DNA of 64,000 bases from an uncultured Cytophagales bacterium (lineage in GTDB: Bacteria > Bacteroidota > Bacteroidia > Cytophagales > Bernardetiaceae), in contig CAZIAQ010000002.1 of the NCBI GenBank assembly GCA_964537755.1, forward strand, positions 43,567 to 107,566, written 5' to 3'. The position numbers were made by a program, and so were the translations under genes. The notes below the pieces were generated by a model. That model was not told where the DNA came from. It made no database searches and saw only the letters and a program-made list of their open reading frames with translations. Numbering within the stretch: position 1 is the first letter of the stretch; the number at the start of each line of letters is the position of its first letter. Below are positions 39,501 to 49,008 of this stretch, piece by piece.

Positions 39501-40881
39501 GTACGCCCGAAACGTAACCGACCTTCGGCAGTCTTCCATGGCTTTGAGCAACTTCGTAGATGCCCTCTCCCAGGGTAACTTCGATGCCGAAATCCAACTC
39601 GAAGGCGTAAGCATTGAAGGAGACATCGGGAAGATGATCGGCAACGCCATCAACCTCCGCGATAACCTCCGAAGCATTATCACCGAAATCAAGCGCGTCG
39701 TGGAGGCTGCTGGTAAGGAGGGTAAGCTCGACGAACGCCTCAACATCGAAGGCGCAAGGGGTTCCTGGAAACTCTTAGCTGACTCGGTAAACGAACTGCT
39801 CCGCTCCATCTCCGAACCCATCCTGGACATCAAGCGGGTCATCCAGTCGCTCTCCGAAGGAGACCTAACGACCTCCTTCAACTACGCCGCCACCGGGCAG
39901 CTTCAAGCCATGGGACAGGCGATGAACAACGCCATCCAGAGCCTGAACGTGATCCTGAAAGACCTCGAAAGCAGTGCCGTTACGTTAGGGCAATCCTCTC
40001 ACCTACTCGAGCAGCGATTTGAGGGCATGGAAAAAGATGCCCAAAGCGTCGTCAAGACCATCGTCAATATCAACGACGGGATGCACCAGCAGGTACAACA
40101 AACCGATCAGGCAACCCAACTCGTCGAGAAGGTCATCAAGAGTGCCGACGAAACAGGACAGCAGGCGGGTATCATCCGAGGAGCCGCCGAAAAAGGGATG
40201 CAGCGTTGCGACGACGGGATGAAAATCATCCGACAACTGGTACAAGAGATGAGCCAGATCGACCTGACCGCCAACCGCACCAGCTCTTCCATCAGCACGC
40301 TCTCCGATCGCTCCGATGAAATCTCCCGTGCCTTGAGTGTCATCACCGACATTGCTGCCCAAACCAACCTCCTGGCCCTCAATGCTGCCATCGAAGCAGC
40401 CCGAGCCGGAGATGCCGGACGTGGCTTTGCCGTCGTTGCCGAAGAGATACGAAAGCTAGCCGAGGATTCCCGACGATCCGCTACGGACATCGAGCGGGTC
40501 ATCAAGGATGTATCCAAAGACATCAACACCGCCGCCGATTCTATCAATCGGATGAAAAACAGCGTAGAAAACGGCAACCGAGCCACCAAAGAAGCCCGAG
40601 AGGTCTTTGAGAACATCTCCGATTCTAGCCGCGAAACCCTGGATTTGTCCCGCAGTGTCTCCGAAGCCACCAGCGGTCAAAAGGAGATCATCACGCAGGT
40701 AGCCAGCAACATCCAACGCATCGTGCAGGTCTCTCACCAGACTGCCAAAGGAACAGAGGATGCCACCAAGTCATCCGAAACGCTTCAAAGTTCGGTCGAT
40801 GAGGTTGCCACTGTCAGTAAGGAACTCGCCAAGCTCTCCGGTACGCTCAAAACAGGGGTTAGCCGCTTCAAACTTGTCTAA
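33577..40881 (+). CDS. Giant soluble methyl-accepting chemotaxis protein with about 14 PAS/PAC domains, a GAF domain, HAMP and MCP signalling domain
   Basis: 2434 aa. Many repeats of the PAS/PAC pattern (W..D..R..A..). C-terminal MCP signalling core [34 protein letters not shown]. No obvious N-terminal TM helices. Confidence 0.85.
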   Translation: MALGDNLNKDSLIPQESHATGNECQQLKAALHALVPSLELDMQGQILTANAPFVRWLGFTADELKGKSERALHTEAFRQNGRHANVWESLRGGKPFSGNFELIDKEGRTITAQIAYTPLLDASDRPYKILQLIQPLQDQPSISSDSQEEIENQKTLIHTVPGVLYRFVARHTSEYLFRYLSPQMADIYGVPAEEALQDFSKVLAVIHPDDLPGVQAAITEAVAKQGFFDYEYRIFVKDKIRWIRAQSRVEYVNADEVEFVGIFRDVTIRKTAQLKAETNEAAFQRVLDTVPGVIYRAKLNAQGLPYFTYLSPYAEQVFGYTPAEVMTNPEMYWSLIYQDDKSDFEAKMRQSIAQRSGVAMEFRITKKNGDVIWVKLDSSVDQASEEYESYGIIRDVTPRIQAQQALKAQQQDSQELIATVPGIIYRFEVSDEGTSRITFISEQVREVYEVEPEAALQDANTMFGLVYPEDLPLIQERITHSIQTKALYDVEFRIKTAQTQTEKWIRVQSRVVRQQDGITEFVGFLRDVSTRRRIQNRVAESEERFNLALQGSNDGVWDWNMRTNDIFFSDRWKAMLGYAPQDIADNFAQFQALVHPEDFPQVENALNGYLAGQLPEYDVSFRMQHQDGSYRWIRARGKALFDPTGKPYRMAGSHSDITDIRNKQIALEEATAYQRAVLESAGFAVVSTDADGVINIFNEAAERDLGYTAEEMIGKQTPALIHDPEEVVARTHELNQEMGLDLSPGFETFVYRTRTTGKPDIREWHYVRKDGSKYPIVLSVTAVRNAAGEVLGYLDISEDISERKAKENALRESEQRFNTFFDQSIDLLCIAGFDGYFKFLNQNWMNLLGYTKDELKAQPFIEFVHPDDVAATLQEAGKLADGATVISFENRYRKKDGSYVWLQWNSAPVYEKELIYANVRDITEEKAREIRFNRQNDILNRLPINKDVQAGNRDEAIRVILRSVAEGVHVERASFWHYNADQSFITCQQLYQRSQQQFSNDPLVLHQKDFPSYFAALKRGTLIVASEAQTDPDTREFTEGYFKPNQIQSLLDVPVRFKGEIMGVLCIEHVGSTAYHWTSDDQKFLRAIPEIITSVMEAEERQRLEAEIRANAAFNRKLFEVSNYGLLVLEGGSFTSANAAAIALFGGEKATEQDIIGKTPIDFSPTTQPDGSDSEATPLRHIQRAIDEGSTLFEWQHLRTDGTLWDAEISLISFDLNERTLIRVSMRDITEEKAAREKIKAQQKELDDYVSAINTSTIRIDFDAQRRVITINDNFAELFGYTETEVLGKTHDFYVAKDQIREGKYDQLWDEIGRGVSFVRDAKRLSKAGKEVWLRASYIPILNQQGHLERVTCLCNDITEQKQFELEASRLQGELEARMKIIDKVALVTETDIYGTITFANEKFTEVSGYTNTEAVGKPHNIVRHPDNPKGIYKEMWDTIKAGKLFQKTIRNRRKDGTDYWVDASIAPILNEKGEIVKYLGFRIDITAQKQRELELQRLQNELEVRLKVISKVALLSESDLQGRITYANDKFCEVAQYTEAELIGKPHSIIRHPETPKTIFKEMWETIQAGNIFQGTYRNRAKDGRTYWVDATIAPVRDENGDIYKYLGFRIDITDRIEQTARIEAQNFAIGKSNGTIELSPEGQILDANKTYLDFVGYTRDELIGKHHSFLCKPEEVASPSYKEMWQTLREGKTLFGDYRRITKDKREVFIQESFSPIYDQSGNLSSILTLAVDVTQRKRRNAENRGKLEGINSTNIVIEYDFEGRLLTANENFLQTSGYTLEEVIGKPHSFFCDQNHINSSTYQDLWKKLRQGEAVFDTYPRIGKAGQRIWLEGSYTPITDDDGRLLKIVKFAQDATERRTRNAENRGKLQGINRTNLVVEFDREGVVISANNRFLEAMGYQREEFIGKAHAMFCDEVYRNSREYREFWDDLRSGKALFGTYPRLNKAGKRIWLEGNYTPITDGEGNFLKVVKYARNVTDLRQSSMALSNFVDALSQGNFDAEIQLEGVSIEGDIGKMIGNAINLRDNLRSIITEIKRVVEAAGKEGKLDERLNIEGARGSWKLLADSVNELLRSISEPILDIKRVIQSLSEGDLTTSFNYAATGQLQAMGQAMNNAIQSLNVILKDLESSAVTLGQSSHLLEQRFEGMEKDAQSVVKTIVNINDGMHQQVQQTDQATQLVEKVIKSADETGQQAGIIRGAAEKGMQRCDDGMKIIRQLVQEMSQIDLTANRTSSSISTLSDRSDEISRALSVITDIAAQTNLLALNAAIEAARAGDAGRGFAVVAEEIRKLAEDSRRSATDIERVIKDVSKDINTAADSINRMKNSVENGNRATKEAREVFENISDSSRETLDLSRSVSEATSGQKEIITQVASNIQRIVQVSHQTAKGTEDATKSSETLQSSVDEVATVSKELAKLSGTLKTGVSRFKLV
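37669..38410 (+). repeat. Tandem duplicated PAS module pair inside the MCP gene (two units of about 370 nt)
   Basis: Protein blocks [40 protein letters not shown]... and [39 protein letters not shown]... are co-linear and roughly 60-65% identical. Confidence 0.6.
38790..39520 (+). repeat. Second tandem duplicated PAS module pair inside the MCP gene
   Basis: [43 protein letters not shown]... versus [43 protein letters not shown]..., co-linear through ...[14 protein letters not shown] / [14 protein letters not shown]. Confidence 0.6.
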
Positions 40882-40893
40882 TCCCCTCACCTG

Positions 40894-41376
40894 ATGCAAG
40901 AGCAACTACAGACAGCCACACTCCTCAACGATACACGGGGGAGCAAAGAGATCGCCCAAATCATCGTCTTTCGGCTTGGGCAGGAGGAGTATGGCTTGTC
41001 CATCGAACAGATCAAGGAAGTCGTGGCTACGCCAAAGGTCGCCGCCGTCCCGATGTCCCCCGATTACATCGCCGGTATCGCCAATGTACGGGGCAACATC
41101 CTGGCTATCGTCGATTTAGAAAAAAAGTTTGACTTGCCCCACCCAGGCAGCGATGCCCTACCCCCTTACACACTCGTTGTGGAGAGCTGGGAACACAACA
41201 TGGGGCTGCTTGTTCGGCAGGTACCCAATACGCTAAGTATCCCCGAGGCTGACATCGACCGCTCCCCGCAAGTGATCGCGGAGCGCAACTACGTGGAGGG
41301 GATTGCCCGAGTGGGCGAAGATCGACTCATCATTTTGATTGATATTTTTAAGGTAATCTCAAAACAAGAACTATGA
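40894..41376 (+). CDS. cheW: Chemotaxis coupling protein CheW
   Basis: 160 aa CheW-like domain. ATGA overlap with the next gene. Confidence 0.8.
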   Translation: MQEQLQTATLLNDTRGSKEIAQIIVFRLGQEEYGLSIEQIKEVVATPKVAAVPMSPDYIAGIANVRGNILAIVDLEKKFDLPHPGSDALPPYTLVVESWEHNMGLLVRQVPNTLSIPEADIDRSPQVIAERNYVEGIARVGEDRLIILIDIFKVISKQEL

Positions 41377-41744
41377 CAACACGTGTCTTGATCGTGGACG
41401 ACTCGCTCTATATGCGAACCGTCATTAAGGAAGCCCTCGAGGAGAACAACTACCAGATCGTTGGGCAGGCCGCCGACGGTGAGAGTGCCATCGACTTGGC
41501 CCTGGAGCTACAGCCTGACCTCATCACGCTGGATAATATCTTGCCCGATATGCTGGGGCTGGACATCATCCGCACCCTCAAGGAGGAGAGCGTCAATGCC
41601 AGGATCATCATGATTAGTGCCGTTGGGCAGCAGTCGGTTATCAATGCCGGTATGGGCCTCGGAGCGGATCATTACATCGTCAAGCCTTTCTCCTCCGAGC
41701 AGCTCCTGGATGCCATTCAAGAGGTGATGACCAAAAACAAATAA
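41373..41744 (+). CDS. CheY-like single-domain response regulator
   Basis: Receiver domain. DD pair (LIVDDS), phospho-acceptor in LITLDN, conserved K in IVKPF. Confidence 0.75.
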   Translation: MTTRVLIVDDSLYMRTVIKEALEENNYQIVGQAADGESAIDLALELQPDLITLDNILPDMLGLDIIRTLKEESVNARIIMISAVGQQSVINAGMGLGADHYIVKPFSSEQLLDAIQEVMTKNK

Positions 41745-41750
41745 ACACCC

Positions 41751-42110
41751 ATGAGCCGTAACAGCGTCCTGATCGTCGAAGATTCTAAGTACATGCAAGA
41801 GGTGATCCGCAATGCCCTGGCAGGAAAATATACCGTCGTTGGCGTTACGGACAAAGCCGAGGAGGCCCTTACCCTTGCCCAAAGCCTACAGCCCGCTATC
41901 ATCACCCTCGATAACATCCTACCCGATGGCTTTGGAGGTGATGTCGTACAAGAACTCCGCGCCCGTGGATACAAAGGCAAGATACTCATGGTCAGTTCGT
42001 TGGCAAACCAAGCCATGATCCAACAAGAACTCCAACAGGGGGCTAACGGCTATCTGGCCAAGCCTTTCACCGAAGACGAACTCCTCAAAGCACTCCAAAA
42101 AATCCAGTAG
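41751..42110 (+). CDS. CheY-like single-domain response regulator (second copy)
   Basis: Receiver domain (LIVEDS, IITLDN, LAKPF). Confidence 0.7.
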   Translation: MSRNSVLIVEDSKYMQEVIRNALAGKYTVVGVTDKAEEALTLAQSLQPAIITLDNILPDGFGGDVVQELRARGYKGKILMVSSLANQAMIQQELQQGANGYLAKPFTEDELLKALQKIQ

Positions 42111-42112
42111 CC

Positions 42113-43894
42113 ATGAAAACCGAAGAACTCAAGGAACTTTTCATGGGCGAAGCCCTCAACCATCACGAAGAACTCAACCGGCTCTTCACCGAACTGGAGC
42201 AGGACTTGAGCAACTCAGGGCTGATCGACCACATCTTCCGACGGCTGCACACCCTCAAAGGCGATGCCGCTGGTATGGGGTTTCAGGACATCGCCGAGAT
42301 GGCCCACACAATGGAAGACCTCTTCGGGGAAATGAAAAAGCACGGCTGGATCATGGAAAAAGAGGACTTCAACCACCTCTTCCGCGCCCTCGATAAGCTC
42401 GGCGAACTCCTGGATGCCCTCAAAACCGGGCAAAAAGTATCCTACAAAGGGCTACGCGCCAAACTCAAGCTGCTCCTCGATAACGCCCAAGCCTCGCGTC
42501 AGGATGCCCCCCTAGCCCAACCTGAACGCCCACCCGCCCCACCGGCGCCACAAGCGGATACGCCCCTACCTACACCTACACCTACACCCGCCGCGACAAG
42601 CAACGAAGACGAAGCGGACGACTCAACCAAAAAAGCCTCCAAGATCACCTTTGCCGAAGCCATCCAGGTACCGGTCAAGAAACTCGACGACCTAATGAAA
42701 CTCGTCGGTGAACTGGCCATCGAAAAAGACCGCATCGCCAACGACCGCAGCCAGGGGCAATCGCGCCTCAACACCTTTGATCGCCTCAACCGGATTACTT
42801 CCGATTTGCAGTACTCCGTCATGGGAGCGCGTCTGGTGCGGGTAGAACTCTTGTTTCAGAAGTTTCACCGCATTGTCCGAGATGTAGCCCACACCGAAGG
42901 CAAAGAAGTCGAACTGATCCTGAAAGGAACAGACATCGAAATTGATCGAAACGTACTCCAGACGATCTCCGACTCGATGATACATCTGGTCAGAAATGCC
43001 GTCAGTCATGGCTTAGAAGAACCCCACGAACGCCAGCGCGTAGGCAAGCCCACCAAAGGCACTATTCGACTGGAAGCCAATAACTTAAAAGACAGTGTCG
43101 TCATTCAGGTAGCTGATGACGGACGTGGCATAGACCCCGAGCGCGTGCGCCAAAAGGCCATCGAACGCGGGTTGTTTAGCGAAAGCATGGCCCAAAAACT
43201 AACCGAAAAAGAAGTCATCGACCTGATCTTTGAACCCAACTTTTCGCTCAAAGAAAAGGTAACGGCTGTTTCGGGGCGCGGCGTGGGCATGGATGTTGTC
43301 CGTAATGCCATTGACCAGATCGGTGGGAGCATCCAGATCCGTACCGCCCTGGGTGTCGGGACAAGTTTTGCCTTGCGCTTGCCCGCTTCGATGGCGGTCA
43401 AGAACGCCCTGCTTTTTGTTCTCAATGAAGCCGAGTTTGCCATTCCGCTTGCCTTCACCGAAGCCGTCATTGCCGTTCCCAAATCGCGGATTCATCGTGT
43501 GGGGCAAGGCTTGATGACGACACATCAGGAAAAGACCATTTCGGTTATTTTTCTTAGAGATGTCTTTGCTGTTCAGCGTTTGGAGGACCTCTACCAGGCG
43601 CGTCGCTTGCAGCAGAGCTTTTCCGAACACGCCGAGGACGACCTGCTGAACATGATTATTGTTCAGGCAGATAACCGCTCGGTAGGACTGGTCGTTGATC
43701 GCTTGCTCCAACAAAAAGAGATCATCGAAAAACCCCTCGTAAAGCCTCTGGAAAGCATCTATTTTTTTAGTGGCGCCACCATTTTGGGCAACGGCAACGT
43801 ATGCCTCATCTTGGATATTCCCAATCTCATCAAGATTTTGTTCAGAACCTCTGGCTTGCTCACCCACCAGGAAACCCTAGCATCAAGCCACTAA
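42113..43894 (+). CDS. cheA: Chemotaxis histidine kinase CheA
   Basis: Hpt motif HTLKGDAAGMGF. Pro/Thr/Ala-rich linker. HATPase_c G-boxes (DDGRGID, GRGVGMDVV). C-terminal CheW-like domain. Confidence 0.85.
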   Translation: MKTEELKELFMGEALNHHEELNRLFTELEQDLSNSGLIDHIFRRLHTLKGDAAGMGFQDIAEMAHTMEDLFGEMKKHGWIMEKEDFNHLFRALDKLGELLDALKTGQKVSYKGLRAKLKLLLDNAQASRQDAPLAQPERPPAPPAPQADTPLPTPTPTPAATSNEDEADDSTKKASKITFAEAIQVPVKKLDDLMKLVGELAIEKDRIANDRSQGQSRLNTFDRLNRITSDLQYSVMGARLVRVELLFQKFHRIVRDVAHTEGKEVELILKGTDIEIDRNVLQTISDSMIHLVRNAVSHGLEEPHERQRVGKPTKGTIRLEANNLKDSVVIQVADDGRGIDPERVRQKAIERGLFSESMAQKLTEKEVIDLIFEPNFSLKEKVTAVSGRGVGMDVVRNAIDQIGGSIQIRTALGVGTSFALRLPASMAVKNALLFVLNEAEFAIPLAFTEAVIAVPKSRIHRVGQGLMTTHQEKTISVIFLRDVFAVQRLEDLYQARRLQQSFSEHAEDDLLNMIIVQADNRSVGLVVDRLLQQKEIIEKPLVKPLESIYFFSGATILGNGNVCLILDIPNLIKILFRTSGLLTHQETLASSH

Positions 43895-43910
43895 ACTTAC
43901 CCAGCCGGAA

Positions 43911-44549
43911 ATGAGCGATCACACCCTACTTGCAACGAGTATTACCCAGATGGCACTAGCACACGCGGCCAGTGCGTTCGGCAAAATGATTAAAGAAGAG
44001 GTCATTGTGCATCACTTTACGGTACAGCCCAAGACCTGGCCCGCTGTGGACGGTGAGTTTTTTGTCTTGCGTACCGACATCAAGGGCGACTTTGCGGGCG
44101 AGGTCTATTTGGTCGTCAGCCCGACGGACGAACCCCGTATCTCCGAGCTGCTCTTGCCTGGAAGCCTGGTAGGCCAACCCGAAATGCGAGAAGCCATCCT
44201 GCTCGAGGTCGATAACATCCTGACGGCGGCCATGGTAACGAAATACTCCGAAATCCTGCAAAAACAGATCATCGGTGATGTCCCCGAAGCCCAAACCTAT
44301 CAGCCCGAACGCCTGGTGGCTTACTTTGATGCCCAGCACCAACAGCCGAACTACGTGTTTACCTTTGCTGCCGAGCTAATTACGCTCCAAAGCCAGCTCA
44401 AGTTGTACATCGTCGGTTTTTTTGATGAGCGGTTTGTGCAGGATGTCCAGGAAGCGATCACCCATCCTCCACGCAAAAAAAATGAAGCCGCAGAGACCTA
44501 TATCTCCAAGACCACTAAGGGGCTTTTCCGTAAAATTTTGCCCTGGTAA
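43911..44549 (+). CDS. Putative CheC/CheX-like CheY-P phosphatase
   Basis: Contains E-x2-N-x22-P (LEVDN...22 residues...P), which is the CheC/CheX/FliY active-site consensus. Follows cheA directly. Confidence 0.4.
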   Translation: MSDHTLLATSITQMALAHAASAFGKMIKEEVIVHHFTVQPKTWPAVDGEFFVLRTDIKGDFAGEVYLVVSPTDEPRISELLLPGSLVGQPEMREAILLEVDNILTAAMVTKYSEILQKQIIGDVPEAQTYQPERLVAYFDAQHQQPNYVFTFAAELITLQSQLKLYIVGFFDERFVQDVQEAITHPPRKKNEAAETYISKTTKGLFRKILPW

Positions 44550-44569
44550 GTAAGCGGGATTGATTATCT

Positions 44570-45404
44570 TTGTTCTTGATGACCATTAAGACCGATATAT
44601 TTTTGGGCGATTGCCGAGAGATACTACAACAGTTACCCGACCAAAGCGTAGATCTCATCTTTACATCGCCTCCTTATGCCGACCAAAGAAAAAATAGCTA
44701 TGGTGGCATTCATCCCGATCAATACGTGGACTGGTTTCTGCCTATTGGGGGGGAGTTGCACCGTATCCTCAAGCCTACAGGTACGTTTGTCCTGAATATC
44801 AAGGAGAAAGTAGTCAATGGTGAACGCAGTACCTATGTACTAGAGTTGATCCTATCCTTGCGCCAGCAGGGCTGGCTTTGGACGGAGGAGTTTGTGTGGC
44901 ACAAAAAAAATTCTTATCCAGGCAAGTGGTCGAACCGCTTCAGAGATAGCTGGGAGCGTTTGCTCCAGTTCAACAAAGAGAAAAAATTCAACATGTACCA
45001 GGATGCCGTCAAAGTACCGATTGGAGACTGGGCAAAGGGGCGTTTGAAAAATCTAAGCCAGACGGATAAAGTACGCGATACAGCCAAAAATGGCAGTGGT
45101 TTTGGAAAGAAGATCGCCAACTGGGTAGGAAAAGACACCGTTTATCCCAATAACGTGATCCACCTGGCCACAGAATGCCAAAACAAAAACCATCCAGCCG
45201 CCTTCCCAGAAGCACTCCCTCCCTGAGTGGTTCATCAAACTGTTCACACAAGCAGGCGATACCGTACTTGATCCCTTTGCCGGATCAGGAACAACCCTTC
45301 GGGTTGCGCAAAAGATGGGGCGGCACAGCATCGGCATCGAAATCACGGAGGACTACCATCAGATGATGGTCAAGGAAATTGAACCACAGATGCAGCTATT
45401 CTGA
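44570..45404 (+). pseudogene. Beta-class DNA methyltransferase (N4-C/N6-A type) interrupted by a +1 frameshift near 45221-45226
   Basis: Motif IV FTSPPY near the N-terminus. After the in-frame TGA at 45224-45226 the +1 frame continues EWFIKLFTQAGDTVLDPFAGSGTTLRVAQKMGRHSIGIE (motif I FxGxG). Junction ...AFPEALPP*/EWF at ccctccctgag is consistent with a 1-nt insertion. Confidence 0.6.
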
Positions 45405-45467
45405 CAGCTATCCAATAAGTAAAATCCTAAAAAGCGAACAAACACCTCCCCCCAAAAAATCCACACT

Positions 45468-46976
45468 TTATCGCTGCCTTGCTTTTTTCTCAAAAAAGAC
45501 ATAGCCACCTCGGGTGTAGAGATAACGGATGCGCTCATCTTGCGGCGGTCTGCGGTTTAGGCGAGCGATCAGATACACGTCCGGAGGACCTTCGGGAGAG
45601 AGCAGCCAATCTTGTCGGGATTTTTTGTCCGTGCCTACATAAGCAGGCAAAGCAGGCATCTGTCCATAAAAAAAATGCGTGTAGGTCTTGAAGCCAACGG
45701 GGATGAAATACGCTCCCGAGTGCTGCTCACAAAAAGCCACTGCCGGCCCCTGCGTGTAAGCCAATATGCGCGGCATAAACACAGCCAAAGTTACTTGAAA
45801 CCAGCACAAAAAACCCACACTTGCCACCACCAACGACCGTCCACGGCCTAGCCAAACCAGCAAGAGTGCCAAGCCCACACCCAACCCCAGCCCTTGCCAC
45901 GGCAACCAAACAATACCCTGACCAGGCAAGGCCAACAAAAACGCATCCTTGACCTCCAACCAAGCCAACAACGGCCCCAGATACAGCCCTGCCCACGGCA
46001 CCACCACCACCACCACAACCATCGCCCCACCCAGCAACCCAAACAATACGCGCCGAGCAAGCGGCAAAACCGGTTCTTTATCCCAAGCCTGGGCAGCCCA
46101 GTAGGTGAGCGGAAAATAACACAAGGACGAGTAGTGAATGATCTTCGTTTGTACCAAAGAAAACACCACAAAGACCACCCAAAAAAGCCCCCACCAATAT
46201 CCCGAACGCCGCCACAAGTAAGGCCAGGCCCATACCACCGCCGGAAAAACGCCCACCCCCAACACCACCGCATGATACCCCAAAAAACCCCTATGCCCAG
46301 CCACAGGACGGCTCAACAACTCCCACTGGTACACCAAAAAAGCCCATCCAAAAGCCCGATCCGTTTGCCAAAAATACACCGCCGCTACGCCTGCACTGAG
46401 CAGTAGCGCGTAAGCCGCCCAGCGGGTATCGCCCCGACGATAACAAAACCCGACTACGCCCACAAAAACCACCCAAGCCGCAAAACCTTTCGTCAGGACA
46501 GCCAACCCGAGGCATCCCCCCACGGCATACCAGCGTCGCGGGTGGGTTTGCATCGTGTACAAAGCCCCAACGATGAACAGATTAAACACCGGATCAATCA
46601 ATCCCACCCGAAAGTAAAATTGCGGCAGCCAAGAAGCCGCATAAAAGCAAGCCCAGTAAGTCCCGATACGCGGGCCGCCCCAACGGTAAAGCAACCAAAG
46701 CGTCAGCAACCCACAAAGGGCATTGGGTAGCCGAGCAGCAGCGGCATGGGTGTCCCAGAGGTACATGACCAGGGCCTGGCACCAAAAAAACAAGGGCGGT
46801 TTTTCGTAGAAAGGCAGGAAGCCAATCGTTACCTGGCCAAAGTCTCGGCGCAGGAGCATCTCGCGGGCCGCCGCCGCAAAGTTGATCTCGTCCCAATCCA
46901 GGAGGGCAAAGTCCAGGGGATAACACCAACAGACCGCCGCCACCGCCCAAAGCCACCAAAAAGGCTTGACTTTCAT
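45468..46976 (-). CDS. GT39/GT83-family (ArnT/PMT-like) membrane glycosyltransferase
   Basis: N-terminal pattern DE(I)NF..AAREM.......GFLPFYEKPPLFFW, characteristic of ArnT-like lipid/protein glycosyltransferases. About 12 TM helices. Confidence 0.6.
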   Translation of the reverse strand: MKVKPFWWLWAVAAVCWCYPLDFALLDWDEINFAAAAREMLLRRDFGQVTIGFLPFYEKPPLFFWCQALVMYLWDTHAAAARLPNALCGLLTLWLLYRWGGPRIGTYWACFYAASWLPQFYFRVGLIDPVFNLFIVGALYTMQTHPRRWYAVGGCLGLAVLTKGFAAWVVFVGVVGFCYRRGDTRWAAYALLLSAGVAAVYFWQTDRAFGWAFLVYQWELLSRPVAGHRGFLGYHAVVLGVGVFPAVVWAWPYLWRRSGYWWGLFWVVFVVFSLVQTKIIHYSSLCYFPLTYWAAQAWDKEPVLPLARRVLFGLLGGAMVVVVVVVPWAGLYLGPLLAWLEVKDAFLLALPGQGIVWLPWQGLGLGVGLALLLVWLGRGRSLVVASVGFLCWFQVTLAVFMPRILAYTQGPAVAFCEQHSGAYFIPVGFKTYTHFFYGQMPALPAYVGTDKKSRQDWLLSPEGPPDVYLIARLNRRPPQDERIRYLYTRGGYVFFEKKARQR

Positions 46977-47947
46977 AGCTTCAAGAGCCGCACCATCAAG
47001 AGGAGATCAATCAGAATCAAGCCCAGGGCAAGGTAGAGGAGGTAGTAGTATTTGTTGGCCGAGGCATCGAGTTGGCGCACGTCGCGGGTCTGTCCTTCGA
47101 TCTGGGCAATGGTCTGGATCAGACGGGAGATGTCGTTTCGGGTATCGCTGACTTCAAAATACTTGCCGTCGGTGATGCGGGAGAGTTCTTGCAGGTCGTC
47201 CGAGTTGAGGCGGGTGATGACTTCATTGCCCTGGGCATCGCGCTTGAAGCCGTTGTTGGCGGGAATTTTTCCGCCCGTCGCTGTCCCGATCCCGAGAGTA
47301 AAGAGCCTGATACCGGCTTGCTTGATTTCCTGGGCCACCTCTTGGGCTTCCTTACCGAAGTCCTCCCCATCACTGATGAGTAAGATGATCTTGGCACTGG
47401 GTCGGCCGCCGCTGTTTTGGTCTTCGGTGTGCTTCTCCAGGGCCATGCGTAAGGGCGGGCCGAAGTCGGTGCCACTTTTGGGGACGAGGTTGGTATTGAG
47501 GGTCTCGAGGAAGAGCGAAAAGGCCCGTTGGTCGTAGGTGAGCGGGCATTGTACGAAGGCTTCGGAGGAAAAAATAATCAAGCCTAAGCGATCCGAAGCA
47601 AAGGCATCGGATAGCTTTTTGAGTTCAAACTTGACCCGATCCAGCCGCGAGGGGGCGATGTCCTGGGCATTCATGGAGCCAGAGAGATCAAGAGCAATAT
47701 AAATATCCTTGCCTACGGCAGCAATCTCTCGTTTGATTTTTCCGAAGGAAGGCCCCAAAAAGGCCAACAAAAGCAGCAAAAAATAACTTAGCCGCAGGGC
47801 AGCCTTGATCCAGACGCGGTAGGGCTTGACCCCCAAAACCCGCGCCGAGCGATCCAGGCGCAAGACAAACAGGAGATACAACACACCAAAAACTACCATC
47901 AGGAGCGTCTCTTGCCCGCCCCAGCTACGATACCATGTCCATTCCAT
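46973..47947 (-). CDS. vWA-domain membrane protein (BatA-like)
   Basis: N-terminal TM helices. vWA MIDAS motif DLSGSM. 4-nt overlap with the downstream glycosyltransferase. Confidence 0.6.
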   Translation of the reverse strand: MEWTWYRSWGGQETLLMVVFGVLYLLFVLRLDRSARVLGVKPYRVWIKAALRLSYFLLLLLAFLGPSFGKIKREIAAVGKDIYIALDLSGSMNAQDIAPSRLDRVKFELKKLSDAFASDRLGLIIFSSEAFVQCPLTYDQRAFSLFLETLNTNLVPKSGTDFGPPLRMALEKHTEDQNSGGRPSAKIILLISDGEDFGKEAQEVAQEIKQAGIRLFTLGIGTATGGKIPANNGFKRDAQGNEVITRLNSDDLQELSRITDGKYFEVSDTRNDISRLIQTIAQIEGQTRDVRQLDASANKYYYLLYLALGLILIDLLLMVRLLKL

Positions 47948-47968
47948 CTCACAAAGTTACAAAAACGG

Positions 47969-48880
47969 TCAGTCCTGCCCCTGTACAAGCCGCACAAAAA
48001 TCTCATGGATACGGGGCATCTGTTCCTGAAAGGCCCAGACGGTAGTTTGGGCGATGCTGGCCGCGATCAAATCCTGTCCCGTATGTTGGGCATCCTGGAT
48101 GCGCACCTGGGTACGGTAGCGGCCATCTTCGGGCTGGATACCCAGAATATCAAAGGCTGGCGTTTGATCGAAAACAAGCGGGGCATCGGTGAGCAACTCG
48201 TAAATGAAGGGGCGGTAGCGGGCCTTGATCTCGGCTTTGGTACCCTCCAGGATCAGTTCGCCTTGATGGATCAGTACCAGGGCCTGGCAGAGTTCTTCGA
48301 CGGATTCCATCCGGTGGGTAGAAAACAAGATGGTATGTCCGCGATCCCGAAACTCTAAGATGACCTCCTGAATCAAGTCTGCATTGACCGGGTCGAAGCC
48401 CGAAAAAGGCTCGTCGAGGATAATCAACTCGGGTTCGTGGAGTACCGTACTGATAAACTGAACTTTTTGTTGCATCCCCTTCGAGAGGTCGCTCACACTT
48501 TTTTTCCACCACCCGTGCATCGCAAAGCGATCGTTCCAGTAGCGGAGCTTGTCCTTGACGGCGGCCGCCGAAAGTCCTTTGAGCTGCCCCAGGTACATGA
48601 GCTGCTCCCCGACTTTCATTTTTTTGTAGAGTCCCCGCTCTTCGGGCAGATAGCCAATACGGGCGATGTGCTTAGGAGCAAGTGGCTGGTTATCAAAGAG
48701 TATTGTTCCGCTATCGGCTTGTATGATCTGATTGATGATCCGCAAAAGCGTCGTTTTGCCGGCACCATTGGGGCCCAACAGACCAAAGATCGTACCGCGA
48801 GGGATAGCAAAGGTGATGCCTTTGAGTGCCTGATGACTGTGATAGGCTTTGGTCAGTTGCTGAATTTCTAAGATGCTCAA
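47969..48880 (-). CDS. ABC transporter ATP-binding protein
   Basis: Walker A GPNGAGKTT, ABC signature, Walker B ILDEP. Probable TTG start giving MSILEIQQLTKAY. The ORF track extends further upstream without a Met. Confidence 0.75.
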   Translation of the reverse strand: MSILEIQQLTKAYHSHQALKGITFAIPRGTIFGLLGPNGAGKTTLLRIINQIIQADSGTILFDNQPLAPKHIARIGYLPEERGLYKKMKVGEQLMYLGQLKGLSAAAVKDKLRYWNDRFAMHGWWKKSVSDLSKGMQQKVQFISTVLHEPELIILDEPFSGFDPVNADLIQEVILEFRDRGHTILFSTHRMESVEELCQALVLIHQGELILEGTKAEIKARYRPFIYELLTDAPLVFDQTPAFDILGIQPEDGRYRTQVRIQDAQHTGQDLIAASIAQTTVWAFQEQMPRIHEIFVRLVQGQD

Positions 48881-49008
48881 AATTTGGTATTTTTGTGGAT
48901 GACGGGCTTTGTCAAAGGCTGGGGTACAAGGCCGGGCTATTTTTTCGTTGGAAAAATAGCAAAAAAGTGCCAAACAGGCTATTTTTACTCGGTACAAAAC
49001 GCAAAAAT

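Noticed and set aside
35800-40670. Multiple 100-230-aa ORFs on the minus strand inside the MCP gene (for example 38614-39315 and 40107-40670)
   Set aside because: All antisense to the continuous 7.3-kb MCP reading frame with strong PAS and MCP motifs. Repetitive acidic composition on the sense strand produces long open antisense frames.
45848-46406. ORFs in both strands (141 aa minus, 170 aa plus) rich in Trp/Arg/Gly or Pro/His/Gln
   Set aside because: Lie inside the GT39-like membrane glycosyltransferase gene. Composition-driven artefacts of a Trp/Leu-rich membrane-protein coding region.
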